Counted from the first letter of the stretch, positions 30,126 through 39,832 are shown. The stretch: 64,000 bases of DNA from an uncultured Alphaproteobacteria bacterium (GCA_963812075.1 CAWETN010000011.1:86953-150952), one strand, 5' to 3'. Notes: generated by a model not told the origin, from the letters alone. Translations and numbers: made by a program.

Positions 30126-32425
30126 TGGCGACAGTGCAGAGCAGGTCGGTGCGGCGGCGCGAGGATGTGCGTCTGCTGACCGGCAAGGGCAACTACAGCG
30201 CCGATCCGAACCCGCCGGGCATGCTGCACGCCGTGCTCGTGCGTTCGCACCACGCGCATGCGACGGTCGGCCGCATCGACACGAGCGCAGCGCGGGCGAT
30301 GCCGGGCGTGGTGGCGGTGTTCACCGCGGCCGACCTCACCGACGTGTCGCCGATCCCCGGTGGCATCGGCTTTCCGCGGCCCGACGGGGGGCCTGCGCCG
30401 AAGACCGACCGGCCGCTGCTGGCGGCGGACCGCGTGCGCTTCGTCGGCGAGCCGGTGGCCGTGGTGCTGTCCGAAACGCTCGGCGCCGGGAAGGATGCAG
30501 CGGAAGCGGTGGTGGTGGACTACCACGAACTGCCGCTGGTAACCGACGCGGTCGCCGCGCTGGAAGCGGCCTCGCCCAAAGTGTGGGACGACGTGCCGGA
30601 CAACATCGGCTTCCTGTGGAAGCGCGGTGATGCGGATGCCACCGACGCGGCGCTGAAGTCGGCGGCGCATGTGGCGCGGCTGCAGTTCACCGTCTCGCGG
30701 GTCACTGCCAACACGATGGAGCCGCGCGGGGCCTGGGCGCAGCTGGGCGAGGACGGCCGCATCGTGGTGCACGCCGCGCACCAGTCGCCGTACAACCTGC
30801 GCAACGGCATGGCGAACGGCAACTTCGCCATCAAGCCGACCGATATCCGCGTGCTGACGATCGATGTCGGCGGCTCGTTCGGCATGAAGTCGGGCGTGCA
30901 GCCGGAATACGCGCTGGTGGCCTGGGCGGCGCGCAGGCTGCGCCGCCCGGTGCGCTGGATCTCGGACCGCACCGAGGGCTTCCTCAGCGACGAGCAGGCG
31001 CGCGAGATGCGCATCACGGTGGAGCTTGGGCTGGACGCGCAGCACAGGTTCACCGCGCTGCGGCTGCGCTGGGACGCGAACCTGGGCGCCTATGTCACCG
31101 GCCGCTCCGGCTGGCCGGTAGGCAATATCGGCGGCACCGCCGGCGTGTATCACATCCCGACGATGTACGCGGAAGCCTTCGGCATCCTGACCAACACCGT
31201 GCCGACCGCGGCGTATCGCGGCGCCGGGCGGCCCGAGGCGACCTATACGATCGAGCGCATCATCGACATCGCCGCGCGCGAACTGGGCGTCAGCCCGTAC
31301 GAGCTGCGTCGGATCAACCTGATCCCGCCCGAGGCGATGCCGTACAAGACCGCGCTCACCTTCACCTACGACTGCGGCGAATTCGAAGGCAACATGCAGG
31401 TCGCCTCGCAGATGGCCGAGCTGGACGGCTTCGAGGCACGGCGCGCCGACGCCAAGACGCGTGGCCGGCTGCGCGGCATCGGCCTGTGCAACTGCATCGA
31501 GGTTGCCGGCGGTCCGTTCCTGCGTCCGGCGAAGGACCAGGCGGCTCTGCGTCTGGCGGCGGATGGCACGCTGGTGCTGCGCTCGGGCTCGATGTCGGTA
31601 GGGCAGGGGCTGGAGACGGCGTTCTGCCAGCTGGTCTCCGACCGCTTCGGCGTACCGCTGGAGCAGGTGCACTACGAGGCAGGCGATACCGACCTGCTGT
31701 CGGGCGGCAAGGGCAACGGCGGGTCGGGTGCGCTGTGCATCGGCGGTTCGGCGGTCAGCGTCGTGGTCGACAAGGTGATCGACAAGGCGAAGCAGATCGC
31801 CGCGGAACTGCTCGAGGCGGCCGAGGTCGATGTGACCTTCGAGGCGGGACGCTTCACCATCGCCGGAACGGATCGCTCGGTCAGCCTGGCCGAGGTGGCG
31901 CACCAGGCGGCGGTGGACGGGAACGAGCTGGTGGAAAGCGGCGAATTCACCCCCACCGCAGTCACCTTCCCGAACGGCACGCATATCTGCGAGGTGGAGA
32001 TCGATCCCGACACCGGTGAGACCGAGGTGGTGCGCTACAGCGCGGTGGAGGAACTCGGCTATGTGCTCAATCCGATGCTGGTCGCCGGGCAGACGCATGG
32101 CGGCGTGGCGCAGGGCGTCGGCCAGGCGATGGCGGAGCAGATCGTGCACGACCCGCATTCCGGTCAGATGCTGACCGCGTCGTTCATGGACTACCAGATG
32201 CCGCGCGCGGCCGACCTGCCGGACATCCAGATGACGACGCGTGAGGTGCCGACCAAGGTGAACCCGCTCGGTGCCAAGGGCGTCGGCGAGGCGGGCACGG
32301 TGGGTGCGATGGCGGCGGCGATGAACGCGGTGAACGACGCGCTGGCACCGCTGGGCATACGGCACTTCGACATGCCGGCGACGCCGAACCGGATCTGGGC
32401 TGCCATCGCCGCGGCGCGGGCGTGA
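30122..32425 (+). CDS. xanthine dehydrogenase/CO dehydrogenase-family molybdopterin-binding large subunit
   Basis: Intact 767 aa. RREDVRLLTGKGNYSADP..., GVVAVFTAADL, GGSFG and AYRGAGRPEA are the typical aldehyde oxidase/xanthine dehydrogenase a/b hammerhead and MoCo domains. Confidence 0.9.
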   Translation: MMATVQSRSVRRREDVRLLTGKGNYSADPNPPGMLHAVLVRSHHAHATVGRIDTSAARAMPGVVAVFTAADLTDVSPIPGGIGFPRPDGGPAPKTDRPLLAADRVRFVGEPVAVVLSETLGAGKDAAEAVVVDYHELPLVTDAVAALEAASPKVWDDVPDNIGFLWKRGDADATDAALKSAAHVARLQFTVSRVTANTMEPRGAWAQLGEDGRIVVHAAHQSPYNLRNGMANGNFAIKPTDIRVLTIDVGGSFGMKSGVQPEYALVAWAARRLRRPVRWISDRTEGFLSDEQAREMRITVELGLDAQHRFTALRLRWDANLGAYVTGRSGWPVGNIGGTAGVYHIPTMYAEAFGILTNTVPTAAYRGAGRPEATYTIERIIDIAARELGVSPYELRRINLIPPEAMPYKTALTFTYDCGEFEGNMQVASQMAELDGFEARRADAKTRGRLRGIGLCNCIEVAGGPFLRPAKDQAALRLAADGTLVLRSGSMSVGQGLETAFCQLVSDRFGVPLEQVHYEAGDTDLLSGGKGNGGSGALCIGGSAVSVVVDKVIDKAKQIAAELLEAAEVDVTFEAGRFTIAGTDRSVSLAEVAHQAAVDGNELVESGEFTPTAVTFPNGTHICEVEIDPDTGETEVVRYSAVEELGYVLNPMLVAGQTHGGVAQGVGQAMAEQIVHDPHSGQMLTASFMDYQMPRAADLPDIQMTTREVPTKVNPLGAKGVGEAGTVGAMAAAMNAVNDALAPLGIRHFDMPATPNRIWAAIAAARA

Positions 32426-32826
32426 GCGAGCCGCTGTTCCACATGGTGGCCGGCGCGCCGACGCCGGTCGCGCCGTTCTCCCACGCGGTGGAGGCGGACG
32501 GCTTTGTGTTCCTGACCGGGCAGATGCCGACGCTGCCGGACGACGACTCGGCGCCGCTGCCGGAGGGCATCGAGGCGCAGACCAGGCGGGTGATGGACAA
32601 CCTGATCCTCGTGCTGCGCGGGCTGGGCCTCGGCTTGCAGCATGTGCTGAGCGTGCGCGCCTATCTGACGCGGTTCGAGCAGGACTATGCGCCGATGAAC
32701 GCGGTGTACCGCAGCTACTTCCCGCTCGACCGGCTGCCGGCGCGCACCTGCGTCGGCGTGACCGGGCTGGCACGCGGCGCGCTGGTGGAGATCGACCTGG
32801 TGGCGCGGCGGCCATCGCGCGTCTGA
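32422..32826 (+). CDS. RidA/YjgF-family protein
   Basis: 134 aa. APFSHAVEADGFVFLTGQ..., RVMDNLILVL and PARTCVGVTGLARGALVEID. GTGA overlap with the MoCo subunit gene. Confidence 0.85.
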   Translation: MSEPLFHMVAGAPTPVAPFSHAVEADGFVFLTGQMPTLPDDDSAPLPEGIEAQTRRVMDNLILVLRGLGLGLQHVLSVRAYLTRFEQDYAPMNAVYRSYFPLDRLPARTCVGVTGLARGALVEIDLVARRPSRV

Positions 32827-32964
32827 ACGCAGGCCGCTGTCGCCGATGCTCGCGATCTCGGTGCGATTGCGGTGGGCCGGGTAACGGCTTGAGTTGCCGA
32901 GGGCCGCTCCCCTACGATCCCCCGGCCTGACGCTGCGCGACAAACCGAAGGGCGGCATCCAGCG

Positions 32965-34476
32965 TTGATCGTCTCGACCCTCGGCCAGCGGGTCTCCGAG
33001 AGGTGGCGGCCGGCCCGCATCTTCTGGACCTTCCTCGCGGTCCACCTGCTGCTCTGGACGCTGCTGCCGGCGCTGCTGCAGCACAACCTGCCGCTCGACG
33101 TCATCGAACAGCTTGCCTGGGGCCGCGAGTGGCAGATCGTCTACTTCAAGCATCCGCCCTTGCCGGCGTGGATCGTCGAGAGCGTCGCCGTCCTCACCGG
33201 CCGCTGGCCGCCGGCGCAGTATCTGATCGGGCCGCTGGCCTCGGCGCTGGCGCTCATCGCGATCTGGCGGCTGGGGTGTCGGCTGTTCGACCGGCAGCGC
33301 GCGCTGCTCGCGGTGCTGGCGCAGGAGGGGGTGCTCTACTTCACCTTCTTCACCCCGGAGTTCAACCACAACGTGGTGCTGTTGCCGCTGTGGGCGTGGC
33401 TCGGTCTGGCGGCGCACCGCGCCTTCTTCGGCGCGGGCCCGGGAATCGGCCGCTGGGCGTGGCTCGGGGCACTCGCCGCGCTGGGCATGCTGGGCAAATA
33501 CACCACGGCGCTGCTGCTGCTCCCGCTGTTCGCCTTCGCGGTGCTGCATCCCGCCATCCGCCGCCGGTGGGCCAGGCCGGGGCCGTGGGTGGCTCTGGCT
33601 GTCGGAGCGCTGGCGCTGCTGCCGCATCTGCTCGGGCTGTGGCGCATCGACTTTGCGCCGTTGCTGTTCCCCTTCGAGCGTGCCGCCGGCCCGTCGCACT
33701 GGTACGACCACATCCTCAACCCGCTGCTGTTCGCCGCGGCGCAGTTCGGCGATATCGCGGCGGCGCTGCTCGCGGTTGCCCTGCTGGCGTGGCGCAGATC
33801 CGGGGAGCGGCCGGCAACCGATCGGGCCGTCGCTTTGCCGCCGGACCAGCGTGCCTGGCTGGCGACCATCGCCTGGGCGCCCGTCGGCCTCGCCGTTGCC
33901 GCCTCGATGGTCCTCGGCCTGCATCTGAAGGACATGTGGGGCTACCCGATGTGGTGCTTCATCGGACTGTTCCTGCTTGCCGAACTGCGTGGGCCGTTCA
34001 CCAGGGAAGGCTATCGGCGGTTCCTCGCGGCAGTCGGAGTCATCGTGATCGCCACATCCCTCGTCTTCATCGCACAGCAGACCGTCGGCGGCGGTTTCGT
34101 GCGCCGGCCGTTTCGGTCGGCGTTCCCCGGACCCGAGCTGGCGCGCGTCGTCGAGGAGCGCTGGCACGCGACGACACCCCATCCGCTGGCCATCGTTGCG
34201 GGCGACGTGTGGCTCGCCGGCAATGTCGCGTTCTATGGCGCCGACCGGCCGTCGGTGTTCATCGACGCGGATCCGGTCAAAAGTCCATGGATCAAGCCCG
34301 AGGCATTGGTGCAACGAGGCGCCGTGCTGATCTGGCCCGCGTCGGATCCGCCACCCGCATGGCTGGGCAGGTTTCCGGCGGCGCAGCCGCAGCCGCCGAT
34401 CGAGCTGCCCTACGTGCCGCCTCTAGGGCACCAGCCCGCCCGTCTGGCATGGGCGATCCTGTGGCCTGCCTCATAG
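32965..34476 (+). CDS. glycosyltransferase family 39 (ArnT/PMT-like) membrane protein
   Basis: 503 aa with more than 10 TM segments. The N-terminal loop LPLDVIEQLAWGREWQIVYFKHPPL is typical of ArnT-like enzymes. The C-terminal domain is soluble. TTG start according to the track. Confidence 0.75.
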   Translation: MIVSTLGQRVSERWRPARIFWTFLAVHLLLWTLLPALLQHNLPLDVIEQLAWGREWQIVYFKHPPLPAWIVESVAVLTGRWPPAQYLIGPLASALALIAIWRLGCRLFDRQRALLAVLAQEGVLYFTFFTPEFNHNVVLLPLWAWLGLAAHRAFFGAGPGIGRWAWLGALAALGMLGKYTTALLLLPLFAFAVLHPAIRRRWARPGPWVALAVGALALLPHLLGLWRIDFAPLLFPFERAAGPSHWYDHILNPLLFAAAQFGDIAAALLAVALLAWRRSGERPATDRAVALPPDQRAWLATIAWAPVGLAVAASMVLGLHLKDMWGYPMWCFIGLFLLAELRGPFTREGYRRFLAAVGVIVIATSLVFIAQQTVGGGFVRRPFRSAFPGPELARVVEERWHATTPHPLAIVAGDVWLAGNVAFYGADRPSVFIDADPVKSPWIKPEALVQRGAVLIWPASDPPPAWLGRFPAAQPQPPIELPYVPPLGHQPARLAWAILWPAS

Positions 34477-34587
34477 CGTCGGCACGGTCCGGTCGGCTGA
34501 TCCGCCCCTCGGCAAATGCTTGCGATCTCGTGCCATAACCCCGTATCACATGCCGGGTACCGCCAGACGACCAGAGGGAAAACGCAC

Positions 34588-35252
34588 TGTGAAATATCGA
34601 GCTAGGACGACCGCCGCCGTCTCCGGCGTGGCCGTGCTTGCGCTGTTGCTGTCCGGCTGCGCGCAGACGCCGCTCGGGCCGACCGTCCAGGTCATGCCGG
34701 GCCCCGGCAAGTCCTTCGACGCCTTCAATTACGACCAGGCCGGCTGCAAGCAGTTCGCCGCGAACACGGTCGCCGGCCAGGCGCAGAACGCCAACACGCG
34801 CGCGGTCGGCGCCGCGGCGCTCACCACCGGTACTCGGCGCGGGACTGGGCGCGGCGATCGGCGGCGGCCGAGGTGCCGGCATCGGCGCGGCAAGTGGGGC
34901 GCTGGGTGGCACCGCCATCGGCGCCGGCATGAGCTCCGGCGACCAGGGCGGCATCCAGGCCCAGTACGACAACGCCTTCGCGCAGTGCATGTACGCGAAG
35001 GGCAACATGGTGCCCGGCTACGGCCCGATGATGGTCAACGCACCGCCGCCGCCGATGCCGGGCGGCGACACCAACCTGACCTACGCGGTACAGACCCAAC
35101 TGATCCGGCTGGGCTACCTGCGCCCACCGGCCGACGGCGTGTCCGGACCACAGACCAGCGCCGCGATCAGCCAGTTCCAGAGCGTGTCGGGCCTGCCGGT
35201 CGACGGCTTCCCGTCGCCGCAGGTGCTCGCCAGGCTGCAGGCGATGCCGTAG
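34588..35252 (+). pseudogene. lipoprotein with a glycine-zipper segment and a C-terminal peptidoglycan-binding (PG_binding_1-like) domain; one frame change near 34828-34832
   Basis: (V)KYRARTTAAVSGVAVLALLLSGC (lipobox)...AVGAAALTT / VLGAGLGAAIGGGRGAGIGAASGALGGTAIGAGM...YAVQTQLIRLGYLRPPADGVSGPQTSAAISQFQSVSGLPVDG. The pieces lie in track ORFs 34520..35512 and 34638..35252. Confidence 0.65.
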
Positions 35253-35255
35253 CGC

Positions 35256-36806
35256 TCAGTGCGCCGCTGACGCACCGTCGCCGGCAGGCTTCGCCAGCAG
35301 GAACGTCAGCGGCAGCGCCACGAAGAAGCACCCCGCCATCAGCAGCAGCACGTCGTTGTAGGTCAGCGTCAGCGCCTGACGCTGCACCATCAGCGCCACC
35401 TGCTTCAGTGCGGCGAGGTGTGCGTCGCCCGCCTTCGCCGCGCTCAGCATGTGCGTCATGTTGCCCATCGCGCGCATCGCCGCGGGGCGCGCCCACGTCA
35501 CCTGCTCGTTGAGGTGCTGCGTGTGCACGGCGAGCCGCGACGTCGCCATCGTGTTGATCATCGCCAGCCCCACCGCGCCGCCCAGGTTGCGCATCAGGTT
35601 GTAGAGCCCCGAGGCGTTCTTCACCGAAGCCGGCGGCAGCCGGCCGAGTGCGATCTGGTTGACCGGCAGCATGATCAGCATCATCGAGGCGCCGCGCAGC
35701 GCCTGCGGGCCGAACAGCTCCCAGAACGCGAAGTCCACCGTGAGTGCGGCCATCCACCACAGGCCGCCGCCGAACATCAGCAGCCCGAGCCCCAGCATCA
35801 CGCGCAGGTCCATCCGCTGCGCCAGCTGCCCGGCGATCGGCGCCGAGAGGAACATGGCCACCCCGGTGACGAACATGGTCTCGCCGATCTGCAGGCTGTC
35901 GTAGCCACGCACGCGCCCCAGGAACAGCGGCACCAGGTACACCGAGCCGTACAGGCCGATGCCGAGGACGAAGCTGAACAGCGAGCCGAAGGCGAAGTTG
36001 GCGTTGGCGAAGGCGCGCAGCTCCACCAGCGGGTCGCGTCGCGTCAGCATGCGCCAGAAGAACAGCACGCCGGCGACGGCCGAGATCACGCCGGCCCAGG
36101 CGACGGTCTCGTCCTGGAACCAGTCCCAGCGGTCGCCTTCCTCCAGCACGTATTGCAGCGCGCCCAGGAACAGCGCCATCAGGATCAGGCCGATCGCGTC
36201 GAAGCCGTGCCGCAGCGACCAGTCGGGCCTGTCGATGTCGAGGCAGGTCCAGACCGCACCGGCGACCAGCAGGCCGACCGGGACGTTGATCAGGAACAGC
36301 CAGTGCCAGGAGTACTGGTCGGTGAGCCAGCCGCCCAGCGTGGGTCCGATGGTCGGCGCCATCGTGGCGGTGAGGCCGATCAGCACCGACATCTGCGTGC
36401 GCTTCGCGTCGGAGAACAGCAGGAAGGTGGTGGCGAACACGGTCGGGATCATCGCCCCGCCGATGAAGCCCTGCAGCGCGCGGAACGTCACCATCTCGCT
36501 CAGGCTGGAGGCGCCGGCGCAGGCCAGCGAGAACAGCGTGAAGCCCAGCGCGCTGCCGACGAACAGCACGCGGGTGGACAAGAGGCGCGACAGCCAGCCG
36601 GACAGCGGGATCATGACGATCTCCGCGATCAGGTAGCTGGTCTGCACCCAGGACGCCTCGTCCGGGCTGGCGGCGAGTCCGGCCTGGATGTCGGTCAGCG
36701 AGGCGGAGACGATCTGGATGTCCAGGATCGCCATGAACATGCCCAGCACCATCGCCATGAAGCCGAACCACTGGCGCCAGCTGAGCCGGTCGGAGGCGGC
36801 GGTCAT
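35256..36806 (-). CDS. DHA2-family MFS efflux transporter (EmrB/QacA-like, 14 TMS)
   Basis: This is the C-terminal 516 aa of track ORF 35256..37973. MTAASDRLSWRQWFGFMAMVLGMFMAILDIQIVSASL, GWLSRLL and LQGFIGGAM are present. ATGA overlap with the HlyD-family gene. Confidence 0.9.
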   Translation of the reverse strand: MTAASDRLSWRQWFGFMAMVLGMFMAILDIQIVSASLTDIQAGLAASPDEASWVQTSYLIAEIVMIPLSGWLSRLLSTRVLFVGSALGFTLFSLACAGASSLSEMVTFRALQGFIGGAMIPTVFATTFLLFSDAKRTQMSVLIGLTATMAPTIGPTLGGWLTDQYSWHWLFLINVPVGLLVAGAVWTCLDIDRPDWSLRHGFDAIGLILMALFLGALQYVLEEGDRWDWFQDETVAWAGVISAVAGVLFFWRMLTRRDPLVELRAFANANFAFGSLFSFVLGIGLYGSVYLVPLFLGRVRGYDSLQIGETMFVTGVAMFLSAPIAGQLAQRMDLRVMLGLGLLMFGGGLWWMAALTVDFAFWELFGPQALRGASMMLIMLPVNQIALGRLPPASVKNASGLYNLMRNLGGAVGLAMINTMATSRLAVHTQHLNEQVTWARPAAMRAMGNMTHMLSAAKAGDAHLAALKQVALMVQRQALTLTYNDVLLLMAGCFFVALPLTFLLAKPAGDGASAAH

Positions 36807-37973
36807 CGCACGACGCGCTCCAGCGTCGCGGCCGCGGCGCCGAACAGCCCCAGCCGCTGCGCGTCGGGCCCGCGCGTGTCCACCTCGGCGGTCACCGAGA
36901 GGCCGGCGCGCAGCCATCCGGCATGGGCGGCCTCGGCCGGATCGAGCACCAGCTTGACCGGGACGCGCTGCACCACCTTGGTGAAGTTGCCGGTGGCGTT
37001 CTCCGGCGGCAGCAGGCTGAACAGCGCGCCGGTGGCCGGCGCCAGGCTGTCCACCCTTCCATCCACCGCCGCACTTGAATCGATGTCGGGGATCAGCCGC
37101 ACCTTCATCCCCGGCTGCATGCGGCGCAGCTGGGTCTCCTTGAAGTTGGCCACGACGTAGAGCTGCTCGGGCAGCGGCGCCACGGCGATGAGCTGGGTGG
37201 CGGGCGTCACATGCTGGCCCAACTCGGCCGCGCGGTTGCCGGCGATACCGTCGAACGGCGCGCGGATCACGGTGTAGGACAGGTTGTTCTGTGCCAGCTG
37301 CACCGCGGCATCGGCGTTCTGCTGGCGGGCCTTGGCCTGCACGATCTGCGCCCGCAGCACCGACAGCTGCTGCTCGGCTGCCGCCTTCTGCGCCTGCGCC
37401 GCGGTCACCGCGGCGTTCGCCTTGCGCGAAGTCGGCGATCGCCTGGTCGTTGGCCTGGCGCGAGGCCCAGCCGGCAGTCACCAGCGTGCCCGACCGCGTC
37501 GCGTCAGCGTTGGCGCGTGCCTGCTCCGCCTGCGCCTGGACGATGGCGGCCTGCGCCGCGTCGATGGTGGCCTGCTGCTGGCCCACCTGGCGCTGCGCCG
37601 TCTCCACCGCGGCGGCGGCCTCGGCGGCGGTGGCGGTGGCCTGGTCGAGCCGGGCGCGCCAGTCGGCCGGATCCAGCTCGATCAGCGGGTCGCCGGCCTG
37701 GACCCGCTGGTTGTCGGCCACCCTGATGGCGGCGACATCGCCCTCGATCCGCGGGCTGAGCACGGCGATGTCGCCCTGCACGTAGGCGTTGTCGGTGCTC
37801 TGGATGTAGCGGCCCTCGGTGAACCACCAGGAGGCCGTCACCCCGATCGCGATGGCGGCGACCAGCCCCACCGCAGGGCGCCACAGCCGGCGCACCTGGC
37901 GCATCCGGTCAGGAGCCGCGCTGCTTTGCGCCGCCGCCGGCGCGGGAAGGGGCTTGTCGGTGAAGGCGTTCAT
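36803..37973 (-). pseudogene. HlyD-family membrane fusion protein (EmrA-like); one frame change near 37430
   Basis: MNAFTDKPL...TDNAYVQGDIAVLSPRIEGDVAAIRVADNQRVQAGDPLIELD...coiled coil...ADF / RKANAAVTAAQAQK...YTVIRAPFDGIAGNR..GNFTKVVQRVPVK. The pieces lie in track ORFs 35256..37973 and 36803..37408. Confidence 0.85.
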
Positions 37974-37985
37974 TCTGCGGACTCC

Positions 37986-38010
37986 TCTGAACTGTACGGT
38001 TCAGTTCAGA
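37986..38010. promoter_or_regulatory. nested palindrome TCTGAAC-N11-GTTCAGA / TGAAC-N6-GTTCA, candidate TetR operator
   Basis: Read directly from the sequence. It lies 13 nt upstream of the emrA-like start, in the divergent intergenic region shared with the TetR gene. Confidence 0.45.
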
Positions 38011-38046
38011 GCGACAGTGGGATGGTGCGACGCAGCAGTCAAGCAG

Positions 38047-38065
38047 AAACTGAACGGTCCAGTTT
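38047..38065. promoter_or_regulatory. second palindrome AAACTG-AACGGTC-CAGTTT sharing the CTGAAC half-site
   Basis: Read directly from the sequence. The CTGAAC hexamer (either strand) recurs about 4 times within 37986-38065. Confidence 0.35.
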
Positions 38066-38116
38066 AGTTGATCGGGACCCTTGCAAAAGGCCCGGCCGGC
38101 GGCCCAACTAGCGGGC

Positions 38117-38743
38117 GTGAGTGCAACCACGGAACTTCGCGCCGACACCGAGTCGCCGAAGCGTCACGCGATGCTGGAGGCGGCGGCCTCGCTGTTCATG
38201 GCGCATGGCTACGGCGCGGTCAGCATGGATGCGGTCGCGCGCGCGGCGGGCGTGTCCAAGGCCACGCTGTATGCGCATTTCAGCTCTAAGGAGCAGCTGT
38301 TCGCCACCATCATCGGCGACGCCTGCCGGCAGAAGATCGCGCTGGGAGACGAATTGCTGCCGGCCGATGCGGCCGATGTCCGATTGGCTTTGACCGGATT
38401 CGGTGGCCGTCTGCTGCGTTTCTTCCTCGAGGCACGACCGCTGGCGCTGCACCGGGTGGTGATCGGCGAGAGTCCGCGCTTTCCCGAGCTCGGCCGCGCC
38501 TTCTACGACAACGGCCCGAAGGCGCTGATCGGCATGTTCGCCGCCTGGCTCGCCGAGCAGACGAGAGCCGGCCGGCTTGCCGCCCACGACCCCGCGATGG
38601 CGGCCGAGCAGTTCGTTGCCATGCTGCGCACCAGCCCGTTCCTGCGCGCCTCGCTGGGCCTGGGGCCGGTGACGGAGGCGGAGATCGACGCCACCGTCGC
38701 GGCGGCGGTGACGACCTTCGTGAAGGCCTACGCGCCGGGCTAG
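38117..38743 (+). CDS. TetR/AcrR-family transcriptional regulator
   Basis: The HTH is AVSMDAVARAAGVSKATLYAHFSSKEQLF. The track ORF starts at TTG 38081, but the in-frame GTG at 38117 gives a more typical N-terminal length. It is divergent from the efflux genes. Confidence 0.85.
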   Translation: MSATTELRADTESPKRHAMLEAAASLFMAHGYGAVSMDAVARAAGVSKATLYAHFSSKEQLFATIIGDACRQKIALGDELLPADAADVRLALTGFGGRLLRFFLEARPLALHRVVIGESPRFPELGRAFYDNGPKALIGMFAAWLAEQTRAGRLAAHDPAMAAEQFVAMLRTSPFLRASLGLGPVTEAEIDATVAAAVTTFVKAYAPG

Positions 38744-39066
38744 CCGTTCGGCGTGTGGTGCGCCGACGCCGACTGGTGGTGCAGCGCGCGCTGGGTCTTG
38801 TAGTAGGCGCGGATGTCGTCCTCGGTGATGTAGCCCTTCTTGTCCTGGTCGATCGCGGCGAAGTGGCGGGCGACGGACTTGTAGCCCGTCTTCGCCTGGT
38901 CGAGCGTCAGATGGCCGTCACGCGTCGTGTTCGCCTGCTCGAAGCGCTGCGTCATCGACAGGTGGTTGTGCAATGCGGCGGTCGTCGCTGGCGTCTGGGA
39001 TGTCGTCTGGGCAGAGGCGGGCAGGGCCAGCACCGCGGCGGCAAGAAGCGGTAGCAGGTATTTCAT
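38740..39066 (-). CDS. secreted EF-hand calcium-binding protein
   Basis: 108 aa. The signal peptide is MKYLLPLLAAAVLALPASA/Q. There are two EF-loop-like segments, NTTRDGHLTLDQ and DQDKKGYITEDD. Confidence 0.7.
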   Translation of the reverse strand: MKYLLPLLAAAVLALPASAQTTSQTPATTAALHNHLSMTQRFEQANTTRDGHLTLDQAKTGYKSVARHFAAIDQDKKGYITEDDIRAYYKTQRALHHQSASAHHTPNG

Positions 39067-39300
39067 GGCGCGGACCTTCCTGGTTTCCGATCCCCGCCAG
39101 GATGCCGGCCAGAAACTAATCGAACGCTAACCGGTGCGGCGTGCGGCGCCGCCGGTGACACGCGCTATCGCGCGCGCCGGCCGTCGCGTCAGGTGCGGAT
39201 GCGAAGCCGCGATCCGAAGATGACCGCGGATACATGCGCCGGACGTGGCAGGTTGAGGGGCGGGCGCGCAAGAACTGCACGACTAACGTGGAGGTCGCGC

Positions 39301-39832
39301 ATGACAGCCGGGCTGGTTGCGCATCCGGCGGCTGCGCCCATGCCTGCGTCCGAGCTGCCTCGCCGCGACTTCCTGGCGCTCGTGACCTTCGCGACCGCAA
39401 GCATCGGTGCTGCCGCGGCGGGATGGGCCTGATCGATTCCATGAATCCTGCCGCGGATGTCATTGCCGCTGGCGGCCCCATCGATATCGACCTGACCAAG
39501 CTGGCGGCGGGTCAGCAGATTGTTGTCCGATGGCGCGGCAGTCCGATACTTGTCGTCAAGCGTACGCCGGATGCCCTGCGGACGCTGCGCAGCCGAAGCC
39601 TGTTGGCGCGTCTCAGCGATCCCAATTCCGACGTGCCCCAGCAGCCTTCCTATGCCAGGAACTGGCATCGATTGATCAACCCGGAATTCGCCGTCCTGGT
39701 GGGCGCGTGCCGTGCGATCTCCTCGTCGGCTCCGGAACCCGGGAGGATGCGCGGGCGGCAAAGCAGGCGGCCGAAGACATGGCCATCCGCGTCGCGATGA
39801 TCCACCCGCGCGGCCGACGGTTCGGCACATGA
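39301..39832 (+). pseudogene. ubiquinol-cytochrome c reductase Rieske subunit (PetA)-like gene, degraded
   Basis: MTAGLVAHPAAAPMPASELPRRDFLALVTFATASIGAAAAGWA (Tat motif plus TM) / break near 39430 / LIDSMNPAADVIAAGGPIDIDLTKLAAGQQIVVRWRGSPILVVKRTPDAL...NPEFAVLVG. After ~39700 I can recover no CxH / CxxH cluster-binding boxes in any single frame. No petB/petC follows. Confidence 0.6.

Noticed and set aside
29660-32815. 1051-aa antisense ORF opposite the molybdopterin subunit gene. Similar giants occur at 32191..34314, 42343..43974, 20375..21661, 21310..23187, 45948..47654 and 48755..50284.
   Set aside because: All are low-complexity R/A/G/P-rich translations opposite well-supported genes. Long antisense ORFs are expected from stop-codon paucity at ~70% GC.
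34519-34545. Sigma-54-like motif cGGCAAATGCTTGCg upstream of the lipoprotein gene
   Set aside because: GG and GC are separated by 9 nt instead of the required 10, and the TGGCAC half is poor.
35256-37973. Apparent 905-aa fusion of a HlyD-like N-terminus to an MFS pump
   Set aside because: The middle ~190 residues are out-of-frame junk. The correct reading is two genes, HlyD-family 36803-37973 with one frame break and MFS 35256-36806, joined by an ATGA overlap.
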